Positions 43,173 through 56,961 of a stretch of 64,000 nucleotides of DNA are shown piece by piece. The notes beneath the pieces were generated by a model that worked only from the letters and a program-made list of their open reading frames with translations, searched no databases and was not told the origin of the DNA. The DNA is from the human T2T-CHM13v2.0 reference genome, Homo sapiens. Every line of letters starts with the position of its first letter. Positions within the stretch are counted from its first letter, which is position 1. Position numbers and translations under genes: made by a program. Location of the stretch: assembly GCF_009914755.1 (NCBI RefSeq), contig NC_060928.1. One strand, given 5' to 3'.

Positions 43173-43932
43173 CTTATCTCATTTATCAGAAATAAAATCT
43201 ATCATGTCAAACAGCAAGGATTATAGAAAAAGTAACTTGAATTTCTTCTTTTCCCATCCTGGTTAAAGTGACATAATATATACTATCAGAGATTGCTCAT
43301 TATCTTGAGAAAATTGAAAATGTGATAACTTTATTTAGGAAGATTAGGTTTTTCCCCTGAGTTAACATTAGTCAAAGCTACAATTTTCCATGATAAGATA
43401 CATCTTTATTCCTAAAAATAATCACATTTCTAATGCCAAACAGACAAATTAGACTTTTTCCCTAGAAAAGAATAAGGCATCAATACTACCTGATCAATGA
43501 AGCTGACATTCTCCAAACTCCAACAGTATAACATCTGGGATATTCTTTTGCAAGGAGTAATGGCAGCAGCTAATATTTCTCAGAATAGTCATCCTTTCAA
43601 GCTCATTAATCATTCTCCCTCTTGAAAATATTACAGCAGAGAAATGCTATTCTACATGTTAGGGAATATTTTCTCTATGTCAATGGTTAAGCTAATCAGA
43701 AAATAAGAATATGCAAATCATCAAAAAAGACTCACCAAATTAATTTCAAATAAAGAAAACAATGGTCAATCCTACTATTAATAAGAAAAACATAATCTTC
43801 TTTTAAAAAAAACATTTTTGTTTTTGCCTATCAGAATGTCAGTATCTAGCGTTTGCTGGGGTGAGGTAACAGGTTGTTAGGAGGCACATAAATTGTTACA
43901 ATACGCTTATGGAGGGCAAATTTGCAATATGA

Positions 43933-44284
<352 letters not shown>

Positions 44285-44343
44285 TATATCAAGGATTTTA
44301 TCCCAAAAGAATAATTATAGATGTAAAAATAATTTCTTACAAA

Positions 44344-45004
44344 TGTATTAGTTTTCTACTGCTAATGCAACAAATTACCACAAACTCAATGCCTTAAAAC
44401 AACACCCATTTATTATCTCACAGTTCTGTAGATCTTAAGTCCAGGTGGGCTCAACTGGGTCCTCTGTTTAGGGTCTCACAAGGTAGAAATCAAGATGTTG
44501 GTCAGAAGCTGGGCTCTTATCTGGAGGCTCTGGGGAAGAATTTGCTTCCAGGCGCAATCAGATTGTTTGCAGAATTCAGTTCCTTGCTGTTGTAGGACTA
44601 TGGTCCCTAGTTTTTTTGGTTGGCTGTTGGCAGGGACTACTCTCAGCTTCTAGAGGCTTCCCTCAGGTCCTTGTCTGTGGGAAATTGTCATTTCAGCAAT
44701 GGAGAACATTCCTCCTGTAGAGTCTCTTTCACACTTTGAATCTCTCTGACTTCCTCTACTGCCACAAGCAGGAGAAAACTCTCTGTTCTTAAAGTGCTCA
44801 CTTGATTAGGTTAGGTCTACCTAGAATATTGCCCTTTTGATTAATTCAGAGTCAATTGATTAGCAACCTTAATTATATCTCCAAAATTCCCTTGCAAGTA
44901 ACATAACATAATCATGGAAGTAATATCCCATCATGTTCACAGGGAGAGGGAATTATACAAGGTAAGTGTCACTGGAGTTCATCTTAGAATTCCACCTGCT
45001 ACAC
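44344..45004 (-). mobile_element. MLT1-type MaLR LTR
   Basis: tgtattagttttctactgct..caaattaccacaaactc..cttaaaacaacacccatttattatctcacagttctg ... ctgctaca. Confidence 0.7.
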
Positions 45005-46567
45005 GGGACTATTCCCTGCATTGCTATATAATTACAGACAAAATTGAAAATATGCAACAAAAAGGATTCATTCAATAAATTACAAAATATCTACATGCTG
45101 AAATACTATTGTGCCACACAAAGAGAATATTTAATGATATGAAAAAATTCCATGATACATTAAGTGAAAAAAGCAAAATATAAAATTATATGTCAACAAA
45201 TACAACATACACTAAAAATTACATCAGAGCAGAGGCTCATGGTTATTCCTACACAGCTCACTTCCAGCAAACCATAGGGTGTCAGTAGCAATTTGTTAAA
45301 TAAATGAAGAAATATATATCTACATAGATATAAAGAAAAAAAATACATTGACCAAAATGTTGAATGTTCTCTCTAGGTAAATGAATTATAAATAAGTTCA
45401 GTTTTTTCCTCTTTATAGTTAAAAACATTTTTACAACTCTAATGTTCTACCTTTTTTTTCTTCCACAACAGTCATCTTAGAATAATGTTCTACTTTTGCA
45501 CCAAGTTATTAAAAAAAAAATCAGTATCAGAAAACATAAAGCTGGCATTCTTCCCATTCAGAATCTCTAGGAGTAATGAGTCACTCTCCTTTCATCAGTA
45601 GTTTATACCCCTCTGCAGAGAATCAACTACTTTCCAAACTTAAGACAGCACTCACTCATTGTCTTCTACAGATAGATAGCAACTATATCCACTTAATCCT
45701 ACTTGTACCATTACCCTAAGTAGCAGGAGTTGCTGGTATTCTTGAACTTGCCTGGTATGCAGCAGACAACATATTTCCATAACTCAACTAGAATTGGCCA
45801 ATTTCCTGGTGTTATAAGAGAATCAAGTAAGTCCAAAGTTCAGTTTCCCAAAAACCATCTTATTTATCATGGGAAAACATGCAAGACAGTAGTATAAAGC
45901 AGACTGAAATGGGGGCTCAAATCAAAGGCTGTAAGATCCAAAAACAGGGAAAAATGAATTCTCACAGGGAGGATAAATAATGGGTTCATGACAGAAGTAG
46001 CATCTGAACTCAACTGTAAAGGATGGATAGGTACATCACAGGTAAGGAAAAATAGGAAAACATTTCTGCTGATAAGAATAGACAATAAAGCATGGAAGAG
46101 GGAAATATGCACTTTGAAGCATATTAAACATTTCTTTGCAACTAAAGTTTCATATCTATGTCTATATTGGTATTTATACCTATCTCTATTAGTTGGCTAA
46201 ATTAGCACTTTTCCTTCAGGTATATAAGAGAGTGCTCATTTGCAAGATTGAGGCCAGATCTTGGTAAGCCTTTAATGCCAGGATAAAGAATTAGACTTCA
46301 TTGAGTATGCCACAAATGCCATTCAGGGCTACTAGAGTTCCCCACAAGCCCAATGAATAAATAGCACCTGATTTTTCAAAAGCCAAATAAACAGCCAATA
46401 GCAGTGCAAAGTTAAATGAGTAGATAATCTCCATGTCATAAGTATATATGGAAGGCAGCTATTCCCTTTTTTCTTACCTCTCTAAAAATAAATGACAATT
46501 CAGAGAAAAGTAGTAATCTTCTATTCTAAACAAAATGAGCAGGCAGGGTCCCCCAAGTTTTAGGGCA

Positions 46568-46792
46568 AAGGAAGAAAGGAAGAAAAGAAGGGAGGGAGGG
46601 AGGAAGGAAGGAAGAAAAAAAGGAAGGAAGGAGGGGAGAAAGGAAAAAAGGAAGGAAGGGAGGGAGGGAGGGAAGGAGGAAAGAAAAAGAGGAAGAAGGA
46701 AGGAAGGAGAAGGGAGGGAGACAAGAAGGAAAGGAGGAAAGAAAAAGAGGAAGGAGGGAAAAAAGGAAGAGAGGGAGAGAGGGAAGAGAAAA
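46568..46792. repeat. (GGAA/GGGA)n polypurine tract
   Basis: Almost pure A/G for ~220 bp. Confidence 0.92.
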
Positions 46793-48551
46793 CAAGTCTC
46801 CTCTAAGCAGGGCCAGGCTTAAAATGATGTTTTTCAGTTAGTACCAAAAATATTCCCCAATCCAAAGAACGCTGGTTTGCTGCTTCCATTGTCTCAAAGG
46901 ATGTATAGAATTCCACTATTTTCCATCACCAGCTGAAGTAGTTTCTAGTGTTTTCTTGGAGCCAGACTACATTCTAATTTCCTTCAGGGCAGTGGAAATC
47001 ATGGAAAGATTAATCCTGTGTATATATAGCCTTGCACAGCGTAATACTGTGGATGAGGATTAATCGTACACAGTACCAGAATTCACTGAAGAGTATCTAA
47101 CTTGGTTAGCATCTTCACCAAGCAGAAGTTAGCATTAGTTCCAAATCCATCTGAATCTCCATCAAAACCATCAGCAGCTGCCAAGGAAACTATGAACAAA
47201 CTAAAGCAAGTCTTCACCTTTCCAAAATAAGAAACACTTCAGAGTCTGACAGTCTAATAGTTAGACTAACTTTAGTCAAGCTAAGCATCTCCAAACTCAA
47301 GAGACAGCTAGCAGGAATCTTTAAGATAACAGCCAGCAAAAACAATTTAGTATTCATTGTCCACATCATTCAAGCACCGCTGAGTCCTACCGTACACTTC
47401 CTCCAAGTCACCCTTCTGAAACCCTAGGAACAACACTTGTACTTAGCTGCAAGTTCTGTAGTTGCTCAGTTCCTACACAATTACAGCAGTAATTAATTTA
47501 GATTGGGATTATTTTCTTATAATTGAGAAGACTAATGGTCTCCAAACCAACAAGATGGCTTTGTACAGAAAAATCCACAGTAAGCTATAACAATTGAAGT
47601 TACAGTTTGAGTGGGTTGGCATATATATTTGCTCCTTTCTTTTGTTTAAGACAGAACCACTTAAGATAAGAGATTTATGTTTTGGAATTTCAGTACTATT
47701 TTTTTAAGAGGTGGTATCCTAGAGAGCTCAATCAATATTGTTATACATTGGAAACATTTATGGTGCCATAGGTGTTTACTATTCACAGATCTGGGGAAGA
47801 TACCTGCCAGGGATATTTCACTACACTGAAACTCCCTGGAAATCTGTAGAGGTAGAGCTCTGCCTTTGGGCATTAGTCATTAAAAATATCTTGTCAGCTA
47901 CTGTGACAAGTAAAGGCAGCTGAGAAGTACGGTCTAAAGAAGGGTAAATCTCGCCGTGTGCACAGTTACCCTTCGCATTTCTACAAGTGAAATGGGAGTA
48001 AAAATGAGCATTCAAAGCTGTCAAAGGAAAAGCAGTCCAGCAGTTCGAAGGGATATTCTGTGATGGACCAACTGTATGGTACAGTGTGTAAATGAACTTC
48101 AGGTCTATCTAGCGCCACGGGGGAGCCACGCTTTCGCACCACTGAGCTCTGGGGATGGGGAGAGTAGTGCAGGTTGGGGCCCCGTTTAGGAAACTACGAA
48201 GGGCTCTGAGAGAGCGAATTGTTCAGCAGTTTCCGTGACAGAACAATGATCTATTTAAGAAGTAATGGGGCAAGCAAAGAAAGCAGAGCTCGGTCATCCG
48301 GAAAAAGAAAGAGGAGCCGGAAAGAAAAGTATCAAGGAATCTACTGTGAGAGAGCGAGCAAAAAGCAAAAAGCGATCACAAATCCAGAGCAAGTAAGAGC
48401 TCAGGGATGCCGGGCCCGGGGGTCTAGCCTTTCTGAAGGGAGAGGGCTCCCCAGGCACGGGGGCAGCGCGAGGCAGCGCCCGCATTCCGTCTGCTGCCTT
48501 ATCTTCGCATTCTCCCTACCACCCCCACCTTCCCCCCGGGACTGGAATAAC

Positions 48552-48830
48552 CTTCTTCGTGCTCTCCGGTGGCTGAGAAAGCAGCTTTCGCTCTTCTGTG
48601 GTAGCGTGGAGGTGAGGTACATCTACCTCCACCCTCCCGGCACCAGCTCACGGTCTGTTGGGGGGGTCCTCCTAACGTGTGAGGCTAGGGTGTGTGAATG
48701 AAAAAGAGGGAGGCGGAGGCCTCCTGGAGACCTTCGACCTCTCAAGACCAGGCAGGGGCGCCCTTCCGCAAGCTCCCAGCTCTAGCCGGTGCCTCTGGCC
48801 CCGCGCGCATTAGGTCGCTGCCAGAAAATT
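48552..48830 (-). other. TIGD4: Probable non-coding first exon of TIGD4 (boundaries uncertain)
   Basis: Candidate donors AAG|GTTATT (48552) and ACC|GTGAGC (48652) within the CpG island. Confidence 0.35.
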
Positions 48831-49009
48831 ACCCGGGCAACGACACCGCCGGAGTCCCGGATGTGGTTGCTAGGGCAGCAGAGGGAGGGGCGTAGCCCGC
48901 CTCCCGGAGAAGGGCGGAGGGATCCTCGTGGGAGGTGCGCTGACACCACCGAGACGTGGCCGGGCAAGGCCGGATTGAGGGAGAGAGAGGCCGTCCAGGG
49001 CCAGGGACA

Positions 49010-49161
49010 ACGCTACTTCCGGTCTCCTCACTTCCGGCTTCGCTGCTCTTGGTTCTGGTTCTGGAGGCTGGGTTGAGAGGTCGCCGGTCCGACTGTCCTC
49101 GGCGGTTGGTCAGTGTGAATTTGTGACAGCTGCAGTTGCTCCCCGCCCCCGAGCAGCCGAG
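49010..49161 (+). other. ARFIP1: Probable non-coding exon 1 of ARFIP1; the rest of the window is its intron
   Basis: GAG|GTGCGT donor at 49161/49162; gene identity from recalled TIGD4-ARFIP1 head-to-head order, no coding exon visible. Confidence 0.6.
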
Positions 49162-50292
49162 GTGCGTGGGGGAAGGGGAAGAAGGAAAAGGTCCGGGTCG
49201 CGTTTCCGCTCAGTTTTTGCCAGGGTTGAGGCGATTCCAGAGAGCGGCGGAAAGGATAAGCCTCGACTTAGAAGCTACCGAGTTACCCTAAGAAAGGTGA
49301 GGGCGGAGCTGGCTCGCCTGGGAAAAGGCGGGGGAAAGATGGTTTGAGGTGGCTGGTGGGGCGGGCACGTTGCCTACGGGTTCACCGTTCCGAACTTTCA
49401 CAGGGCACGCCTCTCCTTAGTCTGTGCCGTATCTGCCCAAGTGTTATGCCTTTGGTTTCTTCTGTCCTTCATTCCTTCTGTCCCTCTGAGTGTGCCCCCG
49501 AAACAGTCGAGTGAAGGTGTAGGACCGGCCCTTGCAGGGAGGCACTCTCTTGGCTTTGCATACATTGGGTGGGAAAAGGAGTTGCAGGATCCAGAATCCG
49601 GACCTTTCTTGACAAAGTGTCGGAGTGGGCCACCTTCAGGCTTGCTGTCCAACCCTCATTTCTCCCCTCTTCTCCCTGCATCCCCAGCTTCCTCTCTCCC
49701 GCAGTGGGAGGAAGGGAGATAGTGACAGTCCCTCTGAGAGATTCATCTGGCAGTGGTGCAGAGAGGAGTCTTGCCTGTGAAATGTCCCAAGCCTGACTAA
49801 GGAATGCTGGAGTTTTGGAAAGGGAGTTGTTCGATTGTCTTCTGCTCCGTTCCTGTTTGCCAAGTTACTACTGTTTACGTGTCTAGGAAAAGGAAATAAT
49901 TTTTTAAAAACAGTTTTTAGATGCTAGACGTTTTTCCCTTTTACTTTATTTTGTTATTACTTCCTTTGTTTTGTTCTTACCTTCCTCTTGAGCCCTTTGA
50001 TTTCAAAAAGTTTACACTTTATACTTCCTGCAGATCCTTTGGCCACTCTTAGGATTTCTGTCCCCCGCCCCTACCCTGTTTTCTCCTAAAGTATAAAATT
50101 CATCTAACTACATTATTATTTGATAAGGAAAAGCCGGAAGAGATCCAGAACTTCGCATAAACTTTTGCTTTCATACTTTCACCTGTAAGGGTGTGTTCAT
50201 GTTTGCCATTTAATTAACTTAATTGGCATAGAAATGTGCACCAGAAATGGTTACCTTAAGTCAGCCGTCTGTTAAGGCTTCAGGAATTGGCC

Positions 50293-50607
50293 TTTTCTTT
50301 TTTCTTTTTTTTTTTTTTTTTTTGAGACAGAGTCTCACTCTGTCGCCCAGGCTGGAGTGCATTGGCACGATCTCGGCTCACCGCAACGTCCACCTCCCAG
50401 GCTCAAGCTTTTCTCCTGTCTCAGCCTTCTGAGTAGCTGGGTTTACAGGTAGGCGCCACTACCGCCTAGCTAATTTTTGTATTTTTAGTAGAGACGGGGT
50501 TTCACCGTGTTGGCCAGGCTGGTCTCAAACTCCTGACCTCAAATGATCCTCCCTCCTCGGCCTCCCAAAGTGTTGGGATTACAGGCGTGAGCCACCGCGC
50601 CCGGCCG
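50293..50607 (-). mobile_element. Alu (AluS-like)
   Basis: Antisense Alu; TSD gaattggcc. Confidence 0.9.
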
Positions 50608-51037
50608 AATTGGCCATTTCATTGCTGTTCTCTCAGAGCGGCTACAGATTACTATATTTTACTGCTGCCTTAATTCTGCTTTTCTTTCGTTTGTCCTGTG
50701 GTGTTTTTTGTTTTGTTTTCCTTGCTTAGCATGACCCACGTCTTCTCCCAACTACCAAGTCTAACACACTTTTATCTGAGAAAAGAGAAAAGATTTCTAA
50801 TGTATTTTGTGGATTAAATCCCTGCCTCAGTTACTTTAGTTTCTTTCCAAATTGATAAACTGGTTTTCCTTGGATTATGATTTGCCTTAATCCTGGATGA
50901 TGACTTGGGGTTCATGGCCTAAGGGTCAACAACTTTCAGGGGTCTTCCTCATTCCCACCCCTGAAATTATATGCAGTTTTGTTTGAGTGAATTTTTTTCC
51001 CCCCTGGGGAAAGTGTCCATTGTTTTTATCAAATTCT

Positions 51038-51291
51038 CAAAGGAGATATACAGCCTCTTGATAGATTAAAACCACCACTTAGGCAGTGTCTTGTTGAAGT
51101 TAGTGAAAACAGGTTTTGTGTGTGTATGTGTGTGTGTGTTTTCCACTTAGGCAGTATCTTGTTGAAGTTAGTGAAAACAGGTGTGTATGTGTGTGTGCTT
51201 TCCCAAACTGTGCAAAGGAGATATATAGCTTCTTGATAGATTAAAACCACCACTTAGGCAGTGTCTTGTTGAAGTTAGTGAAAACAGGTAG

Positions 51292-51335
<44 letters not shown>

Positions 51336-51343
51336 CCAAACTG
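51038..51343. repeat. Compound local duplication: three 40-bp cores each followed by (TG)n
   Basis: ccacttaggcagt(g/a)tcttgttgaagttagtgaaaacaggt at 51075, 51143, 51250. Confidence 0.9.
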
Positions 51344-52102
51344 TAAATTGTTTGCTTTGGGACCAAGGAAAGGAGAATGCAGGGATTCTTCTAGTTTGAT
51401 ATTGAAATCTCTCCTTTAAAACATTAGTGTTTCTAAATTCCTTCCTAGACTTACAGAAGGAAATGAGGCTGCCCACTTTATTTCCTGATTTGTGGTTTTG
51501 AGGTTTCTTCTTAGGGATAGCTGTTTGTGGTCCATGCTCTGGAGATCCAGTGGATTTACAAACTGATGTGCCTATCTTTAATATGTATTAAATATCACCA
51601 ACCAACTAGGCACAGTTCAGAGTAAAAAATTTAAATTCTAGTTGTATTTTGCTTTCATTTTCTTAATTTTTTTTGCTTGAGGCATGTACCTTAGGATTTG
51701 ATTTGGCTTTGCTATGAAAAACAAACAAGATGTTTCAGTGGTGTGGTCCTTTGGAATGTTGTTGCTTATCTTGACATCCCCTTTCCCTCCATTCTGTATG
51801 AGATATTTTAATGATTGTTTCTCTCTTGTGAATACGTTAGTATCCTTCCAAGCTTAATGTAAGTTTTAGAGTACATATTTGAACTTACTGATTTGGTTGT
51901 GAATTATTTGTTGATTGAGGGTTGCAGTTCTAAAGGTCTGATACTTTTTTTTTTAGAATGTTAACTTGAAGAGACCTATACAGCTCATCATAGTCTATCA
52001 TGAGTATCCAGTTTCTTCTGCTCACAGAATAAGTTTTCCTCTGTCTAGCAACCTCACTTGGGGGAGCAGTCAACATAAGTTTATAGAGAATAGCGTATGC
52101 TA

Positions 52103-52400
52103 GGCTGGGCACGGTGCCTCACACCTGTAATCCCAACACTTTGGGAGGCTGTGGCGGGTGGATCACTTGATGTCAGGAGTTCAAAACCTGGCCAACATGG
52201 TGAAACCCCATCTCTCCTAAAAATAAAAAAATTAGCCGGGTGTGTGTTGCATGCCTGTAGTCCCAGCTACTTGGGAGGGGCTGAGGCAGGAGAATCGCTT
52301 GAACCCAGGAGGCGGAGGCTGCAGTAAGCCAAGATCCCACCACTTCACTCCAGCCTGGCCAACAGAGTGAGACTCCATCTCAAAAACAACATCAACAACA
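52103..52400 (+). mobile_element. Alu (AluS-like)
   Basis: Full-length Alu; TSD-like tagc(g/t)tatgcta. Confidence 0.9.
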
Positions 52401-54574
52401 GACTAGCTTATGCTAAATTAGTTTCCTTTTAAGGTAATGACAAATTCGGAAGATATTTTATATCTAACACTGTAACAGTTACATTTATTTGCTTACCATG
52501 TGCATTAAGCTAAGTGCTTTACATTATTATCTCAAATGATAACCTTATAAAGTGGCTAAAGTCCTCATTTCTGTAGGTGAAGAAAATAAAGCTGAATGAT
52601 TAACTGAAGCTAAAGTAGTCTGCTCAGAATTGCACTGGTGGAGCCAGTGCATGGCTCCACCTACGTTGTCTGACTCTAGACTACTACTGTAGACAACTTC
52701 TACCATGCGTCCATTATGTCCTTTTTGAAATGAGTTGGAGATATATCACCTGACTTTCTATCAGGTGTTGAGAAAAGGTTGTTTCCTTTCTTAATCTTCA
52801 GTGGATGAACATCTGGTTGAATATCATACTGAGAAGTTTGACAAAAAAGTGAATTTGGTGGAGGCAGTTGGTAGGGGTTTCCTATGGGGATGGATATAAG
52901 TCTCTGGTGTGTGTGTGTGTGTGTGTTAGAACACACACACCTACTTGAAATAAAGAATTGTGAGTATTATAAATTCTTGAAATGAAGATTCAAATAATAA
53001 GCAGATGGTGTGTGTGTATATGAGGAGGGGAAAATGTGAAAATGAAGATTATAAGTAATAAACTGGGCATTGTAAGAGTCTGGAAGTATAAATAAATTTT
53101 AGAATAATACATTTGGGATGGAAAGAATAAATTCAGAATGGAAGAAGGAGTAAATTAAACAGGAAACTTTAATATGGTTATGGATGAAAAACTAAAATAT
53201 TTGTACAGAATGGAAAGTGAGTTGTTCCACTTAATATGGAAGTTGATGACTTAGGATCATGACAATCTAAAAGTCAGATATGTAGCACTACTTCTGGATG
53301 TATGAAAAAGACTATTGGCCTGAAAATAATTTTGTTTTCCTTGATCTTTAGTAGCTTTTGGCAGTCATGGAAGCTGCCGAATGGCTCTTGCAGATTAACA
53401 GATATTCTTTATGAGACAAAAGTATTTATTTTCTTTTTCTTTTTCCTTTATTCCTATTCTCCTCTTTCTCCCATCTCTCATTCCATTCTCCTCCATTCCT
53501 TCTAAGCCTTTGTCTTAGGATGGGCATAGGCAGGTGTTGCTCAAACCTTTAGTTGTTCCTGAAAAAGGAATATAAAGTCTCTTTATGAAATACACTTTTT
53601 TCCCTTAATGAACATACTTATTTAAGTGAATGCTGTTTTTCAGAGTAGGCAATCTGCTTTGAAATCTTCTTCTAGTATGACTGTCGGTTCAGATTGAGAC
53701 ATACAAAAATGAAGTTCTTGCCTGGCTTCGTCACTTCGTGACCTCAGTCACCAGAATCTGAATAACTTTGGGTATTTGGAAAAAATCAGATCCTCTCTTG
53801 AAAGACAAAGATTTGGGGATCTGAAGGTAGTTGCAAAACAGGCAATTGCTCAAATCTTTTGTGAAAATATGGCAGTGTCTTTACCATGTTCTCACCTAAG
53901 ATAAGAATTTATATTTTATTTTTGTATATCTGTGATAGCATTGGACTAGCAGCTCCTTGATGTTGAAGCTTGAGCCTCATTGGTCCCTGGGGAACAGTGA
54001 CATACTGCCTTTGGAACAGGATCATAAAAGCAGCAGAGTTAGTGGTAAGCCCTAAATCTTCCAGAGGAGGGAGTCAGTTCGCCAACTCCAGTTTCTGCTA
54101 GCCTGAGATACTCATCATGGCACACATAAAAAATGATTATAATTGTATGGCAGACTAGAGCCAGGCCCTCCTTGGTTCCTTGGAAGCTGTGGAGTGGGGG
54201 AATGGGTCACAATTTCAGCACATCTGTAATCCATTCTTGGCACACTGTTTGGAAATCTTTGCCCTAGAGAAAAGGAATATGTTACTCTGTTTAATACCTT
54301 CTGTTTGTTTAGCATGTAATAATTTACAAAGCACTTTCACATACATCCTCATTTTATTTTTACTCCAGCCATACCAAATAGGTAGAGCAGATAACATCAC
54401 CACATTAGAAATAAAGAAATTGAGATTTAGGTAAAGTGCTTTGTCCAGGGTCACATACCTAAAAAGGGATGGATCAGGAATTTATACCCTCAGTGGAAAG
54501 AGCCCCTGGGTTTAAGCCCGTGATCTGTAATCTCTAAAATGGCCAGGACCTTATCTGTTTTGTTTCAGTGCTAT

Positions 54575-54673
54575 ATATTGCCCAGGGTGGTCTTGAACTC
54601 CTGGGCTCAAGCGATCTTCCCGCCTTGGCCTCCCAAAGTGCTGGGATAACAGGCATGAACCACTGCATCCAGC
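54575..54673 (-). mobile_element. Alu left-arm fragment
   Basis: ttgcccaggg..gaactcctgggctcaagcgatc..caaagtgctgggat only. Confidence 0.8.
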
Positions 54674-54837
54674 ATAAGTATTATAAATTCTTGAAATAAA
54701 GATTCAAGTAATAAGCAGAAAATGGAAAGGATGTTTTTTCTATTCCTCTAATCTCTCCACCCACCACACCTCTCTCCCAGTTAATTTGAAAAGTAGGTAT
54801 TGGGGAATCAGATGAAATATATGAGAAAGCTGTAAAC

Positions 54838-55024
54838 CTGCACTGTCTAATGCCAGGGATGCTAGCCACATGTAGCTATTTAAGTTAGTTAAAATTAAAT
54901 ACAATAAAAGATTCAGTTCCTCATTGTACCAGCCACATTTCAGTGTCAGTATCATATGTGGCTGGTGGCTACTTTATTGGACAGTGCAAATTTAGAACAT
55001 TTCCAACAACATTGGCCAGCCCTG
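54838..55024. mobile_element. MER3-like hAT-Charlie MITE
   Basis: ctagccacatgtagcta..ttcagttcctca..gccacatttca..ttggacagtgc. Confidence 0.65.
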
Positions 55025-55299
55025 ATAAAACTTTAAAATGCGACATGATATGATGTGATACATAATTCCTATATTGTTGAACCACGAGTTTAAAAATCTG
55101 CTACCCATGGTGCCTAGCAGTTTTTGTTTTAGCTGATGAAATGTTATTGCCATGTTCTCTCTCAGCTTTTTGTTTTAACTAAATCCAGATGGTCAAAGTC
55201 TAAGTCTAACATTTTTCTTGGATATTTGGGGATTATAGTTAGCTGCTTTTCTAGGATAAAGATGTCAGCTTCATTAAGGGCATGAGTGTTTTCTGTCTG

Positions 55300-56240
55300 C
55301 TTTGAGCTGTAGATCTGTATGTCTTGCTGTCTTGTTGACATCCTTTCTTGAATATCTTAAAGGTATCTCAAATCCAGTATGTCTAAAATGAAACTGATTT
55401 CCCCTTCCCTCCCTACAAAACTGCACAACGTTGGTTCTTTCTTTGTTCCTTTTTTCAGTGAATGACACAATTATCTTTTCATTGTAAAATCCAGAAAACT
55501 AGAAGTGATCCTTAATTCCCTCTCCCTGATAGATCCAATGATTGAACAAGTTTTTAAAGTCTTACTTTCTACATGACTCTTGAATTTTTCTATTTCTTCC
55601 TGTTTCCACTACTGCCACTTCATCTTGCCTGAAACTTTTACAATAGCCTCCATTCTTATCTGTCCTCTCTAATTCATTACCCATCTTGAAGGCACAGTGA
55701 TTTATTTTGAAACACACATTGGATTATCACTCTCCTTCTTCCTCCCCCAGTGCTTTTATGGCTTTCCATTGCTTCTAGGATCAAAATAAAACTGCTTAAC
55801 AGCCTTTAGCTCTCCAGACTCATCTTGTACCATGTTCTGCATAACTCTCCAGTTCAACCATGCTGGCCTTCTTTAGTCCTTTGTATGCACCTTGCTCCCT
55901 GCCATTTTTGCAAGGCTTTTGTACATGCTTTTCTCTCTGTCTGGACCATTCTTTCTTTACTTTCATTTCATTTCACTTGTTAGTTCCTAGTCATCCTTCA
56001 CACCTCAGCTGAAGTTTTGCATCCTTAGAGAATATGCTCACTTCCCACATTAAGGTAATAGCATCATACATTTCCCGCAGTTTGCAATTTACATTTATTC
56101 ATGTGACTGTAAGATTTTCTTTCTGTTCAGTGGCCTATAAACTTCATGAAGGTAAGGTCCATATCTTGTTTTCTTTTTTGGCTCATTTTTGAATCCCTAG
56201 AACCTAGCTCAGTACCTGACACCTAAATTTGACTCATTAA
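55300..56240 (+). mobile_element. L2 fragment
   Basis: tctcaaatccagtatgtctaaaatgaaactg and 3'-end ccctagaacctagctcagtacctgaca. Confidence 0.6.
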
Positions 56241-56339
56241 ATTTCCAAGTTAATGGTATTAAGGATTTCAGTTCATCGAGTTTTGTAATACAAGAATTTG
56301 AATATGAATTTTTATAAAAATAGTGTTAAAATGGTAGTA

Positions 56340-56961
56340 CAGTTTGAACATTCCTAATCCAAAAACTTGAAATCCAAAATGCTGCAAAATTCAAAACTTT
56401 TTTGAGCCCAACATGATGCTACAAGTACATAATTCTACACCCAACTTTATGTGATGAATCAAAGTCAGAATGCAGGTGTACAACAGTTTCTCCAAGAGAA
56501 AAAAGACCTGCCTAGCCCCCTTCAGCTGCCATATATCTTTTCCTCACACAGCCAGATGCACCTACGCAAGCATGCCCGCAAAGGGCAATACAATGCCATG
56601 TGTATGTGTAAGAAATGATTGGTTATACGTAGCATATAAATTCAGAGACGGGAATGATAGTGATGTCAAACAACCACAGACTGTCCACATGAGTGGCTGA
56701 GATAGTGACACCTTTGCTTTTGGATGGTACAGTGTATACAAACTTTGTTTCATGCAAAAAATTATTAAAAGTATTATATAAAATTACCTTCAAGCTATGT
56801 GTATAAGGTGTATATGAAATGTAAATGAATTTTGTGTTTACACTTGGGTCCCTTCCTGAAGATACCTCATTATGCATATGGAAATATTCCAAATGCCAAA
56901 AAAATCTGAAATCCAAAACATTTCTAGTCTCAAACATTTTGGAAAAGGGATAATCAACCTG
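56340..56961. mobile_element. Internally deleted Tigger4/Zombi-like DNA transposon
   Basis: ta|cagtttgaacattcctaatcc ... ggaaaagggataatcaacctg|ta inverted termini with TA duplications. Confidence 0.8.

Larger units (their letters stand above)
48100..49400. promoter_or_regulatory. CpG island / bidirectional promoter (TIGD4 leftward, probable ARFIP1 rightward)
   Basis: High CpG density, GC box gggcggag ~48912, tandem ETS sites acttccgg at 49015 and 49030. Confidence 0.85.

Noticed and set aside
46526-46822. Arg/Lys/Glu-rich and Phe/Pro/Ser-rich ORFs
   Set aside because: Simple-repeat translations
48219-48701. 160-aa plus-strand ORF in the CpG island
   Set aside because: Non-ATG start, no recognisable domain, expected in GC-rich DNA
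51038-51343. Repeat-spacer array resembling CRISPR
   Set aside because: Only three cores and the spacers are TG microsatellites
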